Shown: positions 10,435 to 20,219 of the stretch, piece by piece
How the letters are laid out: every line of letters begins with the position of its first letter
How positions within the stretch are numbered: position 1 is the stretch's first letter
Source: an uncultured Pseudomonadota bacterium
GTDB lineage: Bacteria > Oederibacteriota > Muellerivitia > Muellerivitales > Muellerivitaceae
Length of the DNA: 64,000 nt
Reading direction: 5' to 3'
Assembly: GCA_963836235.1 (NCBI GenBank)
Contig: CAWIIP010000002.1
Coordinates: forward strand, 1,536,001 to 1,600,000
Position numbers and translations under genes: made by a program
Notes under the pieces: generated by a model
What the model was told of the DNA's origin: nothing
Databases searched by the model: none
What the model saw: only the letters and a program-made list of their open reading frames with translations

Positions 10435-11780
10435 TAGATTTTATTGTAAGATTTTTTCAGGTAAGCCGATAGTTTTTCCGCCGCACGATGGCCCGAAAGA
10501 CAAGCGCCCTCGATGGTGGCAGGAAGGCCGGTGTTGGTCCAGTCTCCGGCGAGAAAAACATGGGGGAAAGGCGTCTCACAGGGCAGGCGCAGGGGATCTG
10601 TCTCCTTTGTCCAAGTGAAGGTAGCGGCCATCTCGCGGGTCACTTTGGAGTATAGGATCTCCAAACTTTGAAATGGGGGACAGCGGTCTTGAAGTTCTTT
10701 CAATGCCAGGGAGACCAATTCTTTCTCCGATCTACCGGCCAAATCCCCCGCGGCACTGGCCGTGAAACTCAGGTATTGGCCTTCTCCTTGCCAGCCCCAA
10801 TTGGCATTGCGATTGAAAACCCAGTCGAACCGGGCGCCGGAAAGGCCCACCATTTGTCCGCTTGTAACTTTTTTGGAGAGAATCAAATGCACTGAAAGGA
10901 TGGGGGATTTACCCAACTTTGGCAATGCTTCCATCGCCGGCCAAGTGTCCAATGGCCAAAGGGCAAAAAGAGAGGTGGGTGGAACCGCCCAAATCAGTGC
11001 GTCGCCGGTAAAAGTTTTACCGGAGCGGGATATTAGTTGAAAAGTCTTTCCCTCTACTTGAAAAGCTTGAATGCCCTCATGGAAATAAACGTAACTCTCC
11101 TTTGATTCCAGGTATGGGATCACTTGGGGAAAGCCTAATTCACTTAAGGGACGGGTGGGGATGGCTAGAGCGCTGTCCTTCCGGCTCCCAAAAAAAATTC
11201 GGTGAAGGACTTCCCCTAGACCTTCCATCGGGGCTTTTTCCACCGGCACATTCATCACCGCGTTACAAAGGGGAATCCAAAACCTCTCTCGGACAAGGGG
11301 CCCCTGCTGGGTAGCGTTCAGGAATTGGTCCACCGTTTTGACACCCGGTTTTAAGACGAAAGGCTTTTTAGAAAAAGCCCTGATAGCTAGGGCCAGGGCA
11401 AGTTTCTCACCGAAAGGAAAAGCATCAGACGAAAGAAGTCCCCAAGCGATGTGATAAGGAGCGGGGAAAATAGCGCAATTCAATGAAACGGGGGAACGGT
11501 TTTTTACCATCCAAGAAAGCCGTAAGGGATCCAGCCAGTGGAAAGGTTCTTGTACGCCAAGTCTTTGGAAAAGTTTGAGGGTTTCATGGTAACACCCCAT
11601 GAGAAGGTGGGGACCATTGTCCGCCGGCGCAGGGAAATTTTCGGAGGGAGCCGTGGAATAAACGCGCCCTCCCAGGAAACCCCGGGATTCCAACAGTTCC
11701 ACCCGGTGGCCTTTTTCAGCCAGGGCCGTCGCGGCGGAAATTCCGGCGAAACCTCCTCCCACCACAATGACTTTACTCAT
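10434..11780 (-). CDS. hpnE: Hydroxysqualene dehydroxylase HpnE (FAD-dependent)
   Basis: VVGGGFAG, DNGPHLLMGCY, LAGDWTNTGLPATIEGA. Likely start is ATG at 11780, overlapping the hpnD stop, rather than 11849. Confidence 0.9.
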   Translation of the reverse strand: MSKVIVVGGGFAGISAATALAEKGHRVELLESRGFLGGRVYSTAPSENFPAPADNGPHLLMGCYHETLKLFQRLGVQEPFHWLDPLRLSWMVKNRSPVSLNCAIFPAPYHIAWGLLSSDAFPFGEKLALALAIRAFSKKPFVLKPGVKTVDQFLNATQQGPLVRERFWIPLCNAVMNVPVEKAPMEGLGEVLHRIFFGSRKDSALAIPTRPLSELGFPQVIPYLESKESYVYFHEGIQAFQVEGKTFQLISRSGKTFTGDALIWAVPPTSLFALWPLDTWPAMEALPKLGKSPILSVHLILSKKVTSGQMVGLSGARFDWVFNRNANWGWQGEGQYLSFTASAAGDLAGRSEKELVSLALKELQDRCPPFQSLEILYSKVTREMAATFTWTKETDPLRLPCETPFPHVFLAGDWTNTGLPATIEGACLSGHRAAEKLSAYLKKSYNKI

Positions 11781-12631
11781 TAATCCCCAGTCCATTTCCA
11801 CAGCCAACAGCGGCCTATAGTTCCTGTCACCGAAAGCAGTTTGTCCCATTTGGACAAGTTGGTTCGGCCTTTCAGGATTCGGTAGGGATTAGATTTCAGC
11901 TTTTGAAAGAGCTTCACGTAAACCGCTGCGATGGCTTCGGCGGTCATTAATTTGGTCCGCTGGGAGCGGGTGAGGGATTGCCGGGCCTTTATCAGGAAGC
12001 CCCAGGCTCGATTCAGTTGGAATTCGACGAAAGGTTTCCAATGGGAATCCATCTCTTCGATATGGTCTGGATTTAAATGGAAGAGCTTGAAATCTTCAGC
12101 CGGAAAATAAAGGCGGTTAAGGGACTTGTCTTCCTTGTAATCCCTTACCACATTAACGATTTGAAGGAAAATTCCGAGGTTTTCAGCGTAGTCCCGATGA
12201 GGTTTGTCCTTGAAACCAAATATTTCCATGCTGGCAAGCCCAGGTCCCCCCGCTACCTGAAGGGCATATTGGTGAAGTTCGGCGAATTTTTTGAAACGGA
12301 CAGGCTTAAGGTCCCGCTCCACCCCTTTCACAATTCGTTCCAAGGGTTTCTCAGTAAGTCTGAAATGGTAGATGAGTGGTTGAAACTGTTGAAAAAAGGG
12401 ATCTTTGGGGTTGCCGTGGAAGGCCTTCTTTAAGTTTTGCTTAAAGTGAGCCAATTTTCGTTTCTTTTCAGAGAGAGAACCGATACCGTCCGAAATCTCA
12501 TCCACTATCCAACAATAACGATAGAGCAGTGCCATCGCCTGCCGTTTTTCCTTGTTTAAAAGAAGAAGCGGGTAATAAAAACTTGTTTTATTTTCAAGGG
12601 AACCGATTTTGGGATTCAAAAAAATCCTCAA
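11780..12631 (-). CDS. hpnD: Presqualene diphosphate synthase HpnD
   Basis: TSFYY…VDEISD and QIVNVVRDYKED squalene/phytoene synthase motifs; lies between hpnC and hpnE. Confidence 0.85.
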   Translation of the reverse strand: MRIFLNPKIGSLENKTSFYYPLLLLNKEKRQAMALLYRYCWIVDEISDGIGSLSEKKRKLAHFKQNLKKAFHGNPKDPFFQQFQPLIYHFRLTEKPLERIVKGVERDLKPVRFKKFAELHQYALQVAGGPGLASMEIFGFKDKPHRDYAENLGIFLQIVNVVRDYKEDKSLNRLYFPAEDFKLFHLNPDHIEEMDSHWKPFVEFQLNRAWGFLIKARQSLTRSQRTKLMTAEAIAAVYVKLFQKLKSNPYRILKGRTNLSKWDKLLSVTGTIGRCWLWKWTGD

Positions 12632-12641
12632 TAGTTTAATT

Positions 12642-13511
12642 TTATGGATGAACCCGGCTGAAAAGAGATTTCAAAACCAGGGAAATCTTGTCCATGGCGC
12701 GCCAAGAGGGCCGATTTTCAACTACATTGTAGTCCATGGCTTTAATTTTATTGAGGATTCCCTGGCCCCCAAGGTAAGTGGCCTTCAATTCCAGCTTGAG
12801 CCGCCCCGTCACCGATTCCAGTAGGGGATAACCCTTTTGAAAATAGGTTTCAGTATATTTCACAGCGTTTTTCACCAAATGGCGGACCGGGGCGGAATCC
12901 TTTAATGCCAAAAGGTCTTTTTCAGACACACCCGCTTTTTCCATTTCCTGGCGGGGGTAGTAAATTCGATTCCGCCTCAAATCAATGGCGGTGTCCTGCC
13001 AGAAGTTGATGAGTTGAAGGCCACTACAAATAAAATCCGAGTATTCATGGAGTTTTTCATCCTGGATGCCGGAAATGTAAAGAACCATACGGCCAACCGG
13101 ATTGGCGCTGTGACGACAATAAAAAAGAAGGTTTTTCCAGGAAGCGTAACGCTTGATGGTTAAGTCCATCCGATAGGCCTTCAATAAATCCAATGGCAGG
13201 GATAAGGGAATTTTAAAAGTTTTCAAAGTATTAGCAAAGGCCTGGAGAATGACGGACGCTTTTTCTCCCTTTGTTGCTGCTTTCAATTCCTTTTCCCACC
13301 GGTTCAATTCGGGCAGGCGTTTTCCCTCGAAAGCTTCCTCGTCGGCAAAGTCATCGGCGGTGCGGGCGAAGGAATAAAGGGCAGCCACATGGGGGCGGGA
13401 TTCCTTGGGTAAAAGCAGGGACGCTACCGGAAAATTCTCATAGTGGGAAAAAGCCTGTTTTTGACATTCTTCGTAAGCCGATCTCAATTCCGGGGAAATG
13501 GTGAAATTCAT
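12642..13511 (-). CDS. hpnC: Hydroxysqualene synthase HpnC
   Basis: HYENFPVAS, ARTADDFADE, SANPVGR, LQLINFWQD. Confidence 0.93.
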   Translation of the reverse strand: MNFTISPELRSAYEECQKQAFSHYENFPVASLLLPKESRPHVAALYSFARTADDFADEEAFEGKRLPELNRWEKELKAATKGEKASVILQAFANTLKTFKIPLSLPLDLLKAYRMDLTIKRYASWKNLLFYCRHSANPVGRMVLYISGIQDEKLHEYSDFICSGLQLINFWQDTAIDLRRNRIYYPRQEMEKAGVSEKDLLALKDSAPVRHLVKNAVKYTETYFQKGYPLLESVTGRLKLELKATYLGGQGILNKIKAMDYNVVENRPSWRAMDKISLVLKSLFSRVHP

Positions 13512-13883
13512 TGCATCAGGATAAAGGGAGACAGGCCGGAAGATAAACGCTTAAATTTTCCAATCGGCCATGGAACAGTGGCAGGAAAGATTTTAAAATT
13601 CCTCCAAATCTCAAAAGGATCTTTAATAATCAAATGAAAAAATAAAAAGAGGAAAGAGAGGTGAAGAAAGAGCTGTTTAGTAAAGGTCAATCCCAGTCCT
13701 TCTTGTAAAAGTGAGGTCCCTTGTTTTTTAGATAATTTTAGCCTTTCGGAAGGCTTTTGTAGTGACGATCTACTTTCTTTTTCCTTGGGAATAGGTAAAA
13801 AAGCCATTTCCAACATTGGAAATGATAAACTTCTTCCGAATTCTTTATTAATTTCGGTTATCAATCGCGGATTTCCCGATTCT

Positions 13884-14957
13884 ATGAATTTAAATAAATC
13901 CTTTCTTCTTGGAGCTTTCTCCGCCTTTTTGGGCCTTTTATTCTTTTTTGAAATATTCCTCCGCTTGACCGTTCCCGCCGGTTTTTGGTACCGCCATTTC
14001 GATTTATCCGGCGATATGACCAGCTTGGCCGAACTTCGGGACCGCCTTTCCTTCGCGGCGCTATCGGATCACCGAGTACTCTTATTAGGAGACAGTGTTT
14101 TAGGCGCGAGTGCCTTGATGGAACACCGAATTCCCGAAGCTCGATCCAAGACCCTTTCCAGTTTATTAAAAGAAAGCCTTAGGGCCACCAATATCAACGC
14201 GATCAGCTTAGGTTCGGATGGGCTACTTTTGCCTGACATTGAGGGTTTGACGGCGGAATTCTCCACCGCTCCCCATGAAAAGATCCTCCTTCTATTAAAT
14301 TTTCGGATGTTTTCCAAGGAGTTTGGTGAAGGTGCCAAAGCTCTTTCGCGGAATTTCCTTCTTTCGGATCTGCCGGACGAAATCCAAAAAAGGCTGAGTC
14401 CGGATAAATTACCTACAGCGGAAGCCCAATTGAGTGACCGGCTTTACGCGGGCATGTGTGACCATTGGTTTCTGTTCCGTGAAACCCAAATGTTAAAGAC
14501 CCTATGGTATTACCCCAGCCAAAAGGATTTCTTTCAACGCTTGCTTGAGCAAGTGGTGGGAAAAAACGAAGACCAGTCGGACATGATCGAGGCGGCTTTA
14601 AAACAAAAAATCGCTTCCTACTATCAACCCTATCTTTGGGATACAGAGGCCCTTCCTCTGAATTGCCTGAAAAGAGTTTTGGATCAATGGACGGAAAAAC
14701 ATATTCCCGTCGAGGTGATATTGACACCCCAGAACCGAAAATTTTTAGGAAGTTACTTGGATAAACCCAGCTTCGAGAAGAACCGAAAAACCTTGGCGGT
14801 CTTTATGAAGAATTACGCCCAACAAGGGGTGGTCTATCGCGATTGGGCGGACCGGTATGGCACCACCTCTTTTTTAGATCATTGCCATTTAACGCCTCGG
14901 GGCAACGAACAATACGCCAAAGATTTAATTCAGATTTTAGGAAAAGAGACACGATGA
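13884..14957 (+). CDS. Membrane-anchored SGNH-fold acyltransferase (DltD/AlgJ/PatB-like)
   Basis: N-terminal TM, LLLGDSV catalytic Ser block and FLDHCHLT DxxH block; lies upstream of an MBOAT; ATG 13884 preferred to TTG 13785. Confidence 0.75.
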   Translation: MNLNKSFLLGAFSAFLGLLFFFEIFLRLTVPAGFWYRHFDLSGDMTSLAELRDRLSFAALSDHRVLLLGDSVLGASALMEHRIPEARSKTLSSLLKESLRATNINAISLGSDGLLLPDIEGLTAEFSTAPHEKILLLLNFRMFSKEFGEGAKALSRNFLLSDLPDEIQKRLSPDKLPTAEAQLSDRLYAGMCDHWFLFRETQMLKTLWYYPSQKDFFQRLLEQVVGKNEDQSDMIEAALKQKIASYYQPYLWDTEALPLNCLKRVLDQWTEKHIPVEVILTPQNRKFLGSYLDKPSFEKNRKTLAVFMKNYAQQGVVYRDWADRYGTTSFLDHCHLTPRGNEQYAKDLIQILGKETR

Positions 14958-15076
14958 AGAACAAGGAATTCTGGAAAGGGTTTGGAATCGGGATTGTTTT
15001 GTTCGCCCTGTTCCTGGCGATCCTTCTTTTCTCAGGCGACCTATCAGCTTCCAAATTCATCTATGTGGATTTTTAA
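14954..15076 (+). CDS. DltX-like 40-aa acyl-shuttle membrane peptide (MKNKEFWKGFGIGIVLFALFLAILLFSGDLSASKFIYVDF)
   Basis: Single TM and C-terminal FIYxxF motif; ATGA overlap with the upstream gene; stop abuts the MBOAT ATG. Confidence 0.8.
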   Translation: MKNKEFWKGFGIGIVLFALFLAILLFSGDLSASKFIYVDF

Positions 15077-16282
15077 ATGATCTTTAATACCAGTTGGTTC
15101 CTACTTTTTTTTATCACCTTTTATTCCTTTTTATGGTTTATGCCTAATGCCAAAGCGCGGTTTTTATACCTTCTGACCTGTTGCGCCATTTTTCATTATC
15201 ATTTTGCCGGTCCGGCGGGCGTGATCCCCATCATCATCATGGCGGCCATCACTTTTTTCTTCGCTCTTTGGATTCCGAAATTTCCTTCGGAAAGCCCCCG
15301 AAAGAAATGGGTTTTTAGCGCCGCCCTTTTGGTGCCCGTCTTCGGGCTTCTCTTTTATAAGTACCGGGCGCTTTTGCTGGGATCCATTGGTCCCCTTGTT
15401 GGGGGCGCCTTCGGCGGGTGGTTAACCGCCAACGCCATCCAACCAGCGATGCCCTTGGCCATTTCCTTTTTTACATTTGAGTTCGTCCATTACCTCACGG
15501 ATGTCTACCATGGCCATGGAGAGCCGATCCGGAATCCCTTCAAGTTTGGTATTTTCTGTATATTCTTTCCCTCTATCGTTTCAGGCCCCATCAAGCGGTT
15601 CCAGCCCTTCCTCGCCCAGGTGGAAAATGGTTTGGAGAAGCCGCCGGTCGAAAAAGCCGCATTGGGTTTGGCCCAATTGCTCCTAGGTTTTTTTAAGAAA
15701 CTCGTCATCGCCGACAACGCGACCATGCTTATACATTTGCTGGAGAAACGGACGGACCTTCACTTTGGTTCGACCTGCCTTTTACTGACGCTTCTTTCCA
15801 TCCGTATTCTTTTCGACTTTAGCGGTTATTCGGATATCGCCATTGGCTTAGGCAAGATGATCGGGTTGGATTTGCCCGTGAATTTTAACTTTCCTTATAT
15901 CTCGAGGAATATCACCGAATTTTGGCGCCGGTGGCATATGTCCCTCAGCAGTTGGATCAGGGACTACATTTACATTCCCATGGGCGGGAACCGGTACGGT
16001 ACCGTGAGAAAATTCTTCAACTTGATGGTCACCATGTTCGTGTGCGGGCTTTGGCACGGCGCCAGCTGGCACTTCGGCCTTTGGGGCATGTACCATGGGG
16101 CGGGGTTGGCGGTTCACAATGCCTGGGGCAAATCCAATATAGGCCAGAAATGGGCGTCCCTGCCTTTTAGCCGATGGGTGGATATCGGCGTTACGAATGT
16201 TTTCGTGGCTTATGGCTGGCTTTTGTTTTTTTACCCCATGGATCAAGTCGTGAAGTTCACTGGACATTTATTTCAATTTTGA
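15077..16282 (+). CDS. MBOAT family O-acyltransferase (AlgI/DltB/PatA-like)
   Basis: PLAISFFTF, FDFSGYSDIAIG, FWRRWHMSLS, YIYIPMGG, GLWHGA. Confidence 0.92.
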   Translation: MIFNTSWFLLFFITFYSFLWFMPNAKARFLYLLTCCAIFHYHFAGPAGVIPIIIMAAITFFFALWIPKFPSESPRKKWVFSAALLVPVFGLLFYKYRALLLGSIGPLVGGAFGGWLTANAIQPAMPLAISFFTFEFVHYLTDVYHGHGEPIRNPFKFGIFCIFFPSIVSGPIKRFQPFLAQVENGLEKPPVEKAALGLAQLLLGFFKKLVIADNATMLIHLLEKRTDLHFGSTCLLLTLLSIRILFDFSGYSDIAIGLGKMIGLDLPVNFNFPYISRNITEFWRRWHMSLSSWIRDYIYIPMGGNRYGTVRKFFNLMVTMFVCGLWHGASWHFGLWGMYHGAGLAVHNAWGKSNIGQKWASLPFSRWVDIGVTNVFVAYGWLLFFYPMDQVVKFTGHLFQF

Positions 16283-16289
16283 CCTCCAG

Positions 16290-16518
16290 GAAAAACGATG
16301 GCCAAGGGAAATCAACGAAAGACTTCTGGGTTCTCAAAACCGCTTTTTACCCGACGAACGACGCCTGCTGCCATAGCCACTTCACCGCTTATGGTGATAT
16401 GCTGATAGCCTACCTGCTGGATTATTATTTGGTCGCAGGGAAATATATTCCTTTTGGGACAGCCCAAGCCCCCCCGCCGGTTCGCCCAAATAGGGACCAC
16501 CAAGGAGTTATAAGATGA
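16290..16518 (+). pseudogene. Probable 3' remnant of a second SGNH-family gene
   Basis: Open frame …FYPTNDACCHSHFTAYGDMLIAYLLDYYLV… resembles the SGNH block V helix; no start codon outside the MBOAT gene; stop overlaps the next ATG. Confidence 0.4.
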
Positions 16519-17027
16519 AAAAATTTCTGTTCTTTATTTTCTTCGGCCTGATGGTTTCGGCAGGAGCCCAGGAAACTCAAGTAACTTCAATGTCTTCGGC
16601 CCCGACAACGCCCACCGCTCCTCCGGTAACGTTTATCGAAAAATGGAACGCCTCCAAAGTAACTTGGGATGATTGGTTCAAGAGTAACGCGATGGTCACG
16701 GACAAGACCGATTACGTTCATTTCTTTTGGAACGCGCAGGACTTCAAGGTCAACTTCGAGACGCAAGATAAAAAAGTCCGCTTAGCCGATGCGGCTCTGG
16801 AGCTGGTAAAGCGTCTTTATCCTGCGGATGCCAAAGCGGACCAAGTGAAGGTGGATATCGTTTATGTGTTGGAGAGGGATTCCTATGGACAACCCAAGTG
16901 GGACAGCCTGCAACAGGTGGCTCATTTTGAGTTCTTGAAATCCAAAGCTCTCAAACCCGCCAAGAAGAAACAGGTTCTTACCGATACCGTAATGAAAAAG
17001 ATTTTCGATAAATTTGAGTTTTATTGA
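16515..17027 (+). CDS. Secreted hypothetical protein with a short Thr/Pro linker
   Basis: AAGGAG SD; signal peptide ending AGA-QE. Confidence 0.75.
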   Translation: MKKFLFFIFFGLMVSAGAQETQVTSMSSAPTTPTAPPVTFIEKWNASKVTWDDWFKSNAMVTDKTDYVHFFWNAQDFKVNFETQDKKVRLADAALELVKRLYPADAKADQVKVDIVYVLERDSYGQPKWDSLQQVAHFEFLKSKALKPAKKKQVLTDTVMKKIFDKFEFY

Positions 17028-17213
17028 GAATCGTTCTCGACATTAAATTTTTGATTTTCACATAAAATAAGCCGTTTCCCATCGTTTTTCCCTTAGGTAA
17101 CCGGCATCCCTAGAGCTAGAATTGTCACCTCATTTCAACACAACGCCTTTGTGGGTCGGGTTATGTCGTTCGGGGCAACAATAACCTGCAAATTTTAGCC
17201 CGAGGAGTTCATC

Positions 17214-19196
17214 ATGAAGTTACGTATTTTAGGAATTTTTTCGCTTCTGGTTGGAATCACTTTTTTAACCATCGGTTGCCCTTCCAAGAGCAGCAGCCCT
17301 TCCGCCCCCGCGGCGCCGACAGCCACCAATACCTTTACCGCCACCTACACCGTCTGTACCGATGGTTCCGGCCACACTTGCACCCCGACTTTTTCCGCAA
17401 CGCCAAGCAATACGGCCACGGTGACTCCCACCAGCACCCCCAGCGATACCGCCACCACAACCGATACCTACACAATTACCAACACGCCCACCAATAGCGC
17501 CACTTCCACCAATTCCGCGACTCCTACCAACAGCCTCACCAGTACCGCCACTTTCACGATCACGAACACGCCGACCATCACCCCCACCTTCACGATCACG
17601 GAAACACCGACGAACAGCGGGACTCCCACCCAGACTGGCACGCCGACGAACACGTTCCCTTCAACCCCCACCGGCACGCCTACCAATACATTCCAATTCA
17701 CTCCCAGCAGCACGCCGACGAACAGTCCCACCGCGACCAAGACCGCGACTCCGGTCTTTACTTCCACACCGACGCCCGCGCCCTACATTATCAAGGGCAC
17801 GGTCCAGTACACCGGAGGCAACAGCCCGACAGGGAAAAATCTCGTGGTTTACGCGACGACAAACATCAGCAACGGCAATGGTGTCAATTGGTCGGTGCCC
17901 GCACAAACCGGTGCTGTTTCCTACACCCTCAATCTTCCCTCGACGGGTTCTTACATCGTTCTAGCCTTCTGGACGGCGGATAGTACCCTCAATAATGGCT
18001 CGCCATCGGTGGGCGATCCCTACACGGAATACACCACAGGCGGAACCGCTGTCTGCTTGGGTGGAAGCCCCACGACCATTACCATCAGCGCGCCCGTGAC
18101 GGACACCGCCAACATCAGTTTTGGCAACAGCTGTGAGCTGGAGGGTGTTTCGGGTCCCGTCACTTACACCGGCGTGGGCGCGGTCAACGGCAACACTAAT
18201 TTGTCTGTCCAAGGTTACGCGGACTCGAATTACTTAACACCAGTCGCTTACGGGACAGGGGTTTCAGTAAATGGCGGCACCTACAGCCTGCTTGATACGA
18301 ACAACGCTTCTTCGGTTTACATTCAGGCCTGGTTAAACAGCAATAGCTGTAACGGCAACTGTGGCAATGGTCCTGTAACCGGTGATCCGGTAACGAACTT
18401 GGGCTCGTTTTCGCCCTTCAACTCGAACACTACCAACCATGCCATCACCCTTTCCGACGCCAACCTCTATGGCACCACGAGCAGCTTGTCGGGTACCGTT
18501 AATTGGACGGGAAGCGGCTCGGTCAACTCAACCAATCCCATCGTCATCACGGCTTATGTGAATAACGGGAGCAACACCCAAAATTACGCCAGTTGCGTCG
18601 TGACCACCAACGGCGGCACTTACTTTATGGGAGTGACGACGGGTAATTATTACGTCACCGAGCAATATGTGACCGATCCTACGGCTTACGCGGCGGGGGG
18701 GGGGGGTGGGAATAATATTGTGGGCAGTTATGGGCAAAATTCCGACGGAACATGTATAGGTAGTGGTTCAGGACCCAATGGGTTTGGCGCCGCCATCGCC
18801 GTTAGTGGAGCCGCCGTGTCTAACCTGAGTTTCAGCGGTTCCTGCGGCCAATTTTATGGTTATCTCGGCACCGTGACTTATACAGGTTCCAAAGGCACCC
18901 CCAACTGCAATGGCAGCGGTTACGGCAACAGTATGTACATCGTGCCTGTTAACGGTACCGCCGAAAGCTCATTTTCAACGGGTAATTCCCAAAATGTCTG
19001 CAATAACGGCCAAACTTTCGCCACGGAAACGGGAACGACGAGCCAAAGCTATTACCTGAGAGTTTGGTTCGACTCAAATAGCGTGGGTTGCTGCACACCC
19101 GCGGCCGGCGAGCCTTGGACGGTAGTCGGTCCTTATGCTAATAGCACGAATCCATCTTCCATCAACATTACCTTTGATGATTCCAGTACTTGGTAA
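17214..19196 (+). CDS. Large surface lipoprotein with a Thr/Pro stalk and four repeated beta-rich Cys-containing domains
   Basis: GAGGAG SD; lipobox LTIGC; ~150 aa of TxTxTP repeats; four xG[TP]Vx[YW]TG domain starts. Confidence 0.85.
   Translation: MKLRILGIFSLLVGITFLTIGCPSKSSSPSAPAAPTATNTFTATYTVCTDGSGHTCTPTFSATPSNTATVTPTSTPSDTATTTDTYTITNTPTNSATSTNSATPTNSLTSTATFTITNTPTITPTFTITETPTNSGTPTQTGTPTNTFPSTPTGTPTNTFQFTPSSTPTNSPTATKTATPVFTSTPTPAPYIIKGTVQYTGGNSPTGKNLVVYATTNISNGNGVNWSVPAQTGAVSYTLNLPSTGSYIVLAFWTADSTLNNGSPSVGDPYTEYTTGGTAVCLGGSPTTITISAPVTDTANISFGNSCELEGVSGPVTYTGVGAVNGNTNLSVQGYADSNYLTPVAYGTGVSVNGGTYSLLDTNNASSVYIQAWLNSNSCNGNCGNGPVTGDPVTNLGSFSPFNSNTTNHAITLSDANLYGTTSSLSGTVNWTGSGSVNSTNPIVITAYVNNGSNTQNYASCVVTTNGGTYFMGVTTGNYYVTEQYVTDPTAYAAGGGGGNNIVGSYGQNSDGTCIGSGSGPNGFGAAIAVSGAAVSNLSFSGSCGQFYGYLGTVTYTGSKGTPNCNGSGYGNSMYIVPVNGTAESSFSTGNSQNVCNNGQTFATETGTTSQSYYLRVWFDSNSVGCCTPAAGEPWTVVGPYANSTNPSSINITFDDSSTW
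18695..18706 (+). repeat. G12 homopolymer inside the lipoprotein CDS
   Basis: gc GGGGGGGGGGGG tggg, within the codons for AGGGGG. Confidence 0.9.
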
Positions 19197-19321
19197 AAGG
19201 TTGAATAAGGTTCCGATTTTCTTTTTCTCAAGCTTTAGAAGTTTGAAGACTTAAAGCTCAGGCCAAGAGGCCTGGGCTTTTTTCTGAAACGTGAAGCCGA
19301 AATAATTTTTTAAGGAGTGGA

Positions 19322-20137
19322 ATGATGAAAAGGATTTTGAGTTTCGCTGGAGCTTTTCTCATCCTATCGGGAGTCTCCACTGTTAGGGCGCAAAGTTCAT
19401 CCACGACACCCTCTTCGACTACCAAGCACCACAAAAAGAAGAAGAAAGCCTCGGCCCAAGCCACGGCCACCGTCCAGATGACCGTCTCACCCACGGTGAG
19501 CCCTGCCACGACACAAGCCGTTGCCGCCAAGCCTACCGCGACTCCCACGGCCATGCCGACAGCCGTTCCTGAACCCACCACCATGGGAGCCATTAACAGT
19601 TCCAAGATTTACGACCATGTCAATATGCCGGGGGACTTCCGTCGTACCTTGTCCTATGCCGTCAAGACCTTGAATAGGGCTTCCTTAAAGCACAGTCACA
19701 CGGTTTTCCTGGATATGGAGAAGGTTTCCTCGAACAGGGATGACAAGGAAAGAAAGAAAGCCTACGCCCGGTTTGAAGTGAACGAACTGGAATTCGGCGG
19801 TCCCCGTAACCCCTGGATTCTACTGGCCGGAACGGTTTTCGAGCAAAGCGGAGACGATTGCAAAGTAGACGGCGCCATAGAGGTTGCGGTTGATTTCAAG
19901 GATATCAAGATCGACTACCAGGGGAGCAAACTGGGAGAGATCCAAAAAGGGAGCGATATCGCGGCCCAAGTATATGAAATCCTCGATAGCCATTCGTCTT
20001 ACCAGATGGTATTGCAAGCCAATGACCAGGTGAAGGATTCGAAGTACATGGACGATACGCCGGCCTATACGGCCAAGGCGAGGGATGGGTACGCGATAGT
20101 GGATTTCCTGAACAGCTCCCATGAAGCAACCCGATAA
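19322..20137 (+). CDS. Secreted hypothetical protein (poly-Lys patch, Thr/Pro linker), copy 1
   Basis: AAGGAG SD; signal peptide VRA-Q; KHHKKKKK. Confidence 0.8.
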   Translation: MMKRILSFAGAFLILSGVSTVRAQSSSTTPSSTTKHHKKKKKASAQATATVQMTVSPTVSPATTQAVAAKPTATPTAMPTAVPEPTTMGAINSSKIYDHVNMPGDFRRTLSYAVKTLNRASLKHSHTVFLDMEKVSSNRDDKERKKAYARFEVNELEFGGPRNPWILLAGTVFEQSGDDCKVDGAIEVAVDFKDIKIDYQGSKLGEIQKGSDIAAQVYEILDSHSSYQMVLQANDQVKDSKYMDDTPAYTAKARDGYAIVDFLNSSHEATR

Positions 20138-20219
20138 CCCATACCTTGGAGGAGCCATTTATGAGCGAGATTAAGATGAAACCTTTCGGATGCTTCCTTC
20201 TGCTTCTTCTGGCTCTCCC
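19400..20219 (+). repeat. ~820-bp direct repeat, copy 1 (matches 21464-22283)
   Basis: No mismatches seen by eye at offset 2064; encoded peptides are identical. Confidence 0.92.

Noticed and set aside
13508-13864. 118-aa minus-strand ORF upstream of hpnC
   Set aside because: AT-rich divergent promoter region with no recognisable motifs; hpnC has its own -10 box inside it
17320-17780. CRISPR or DNA tandem repeat in the Thr-rich region
   Set aside because: The repetition is at protein level with variable codons; there is no fixed repeat-spacer period and no cas gene
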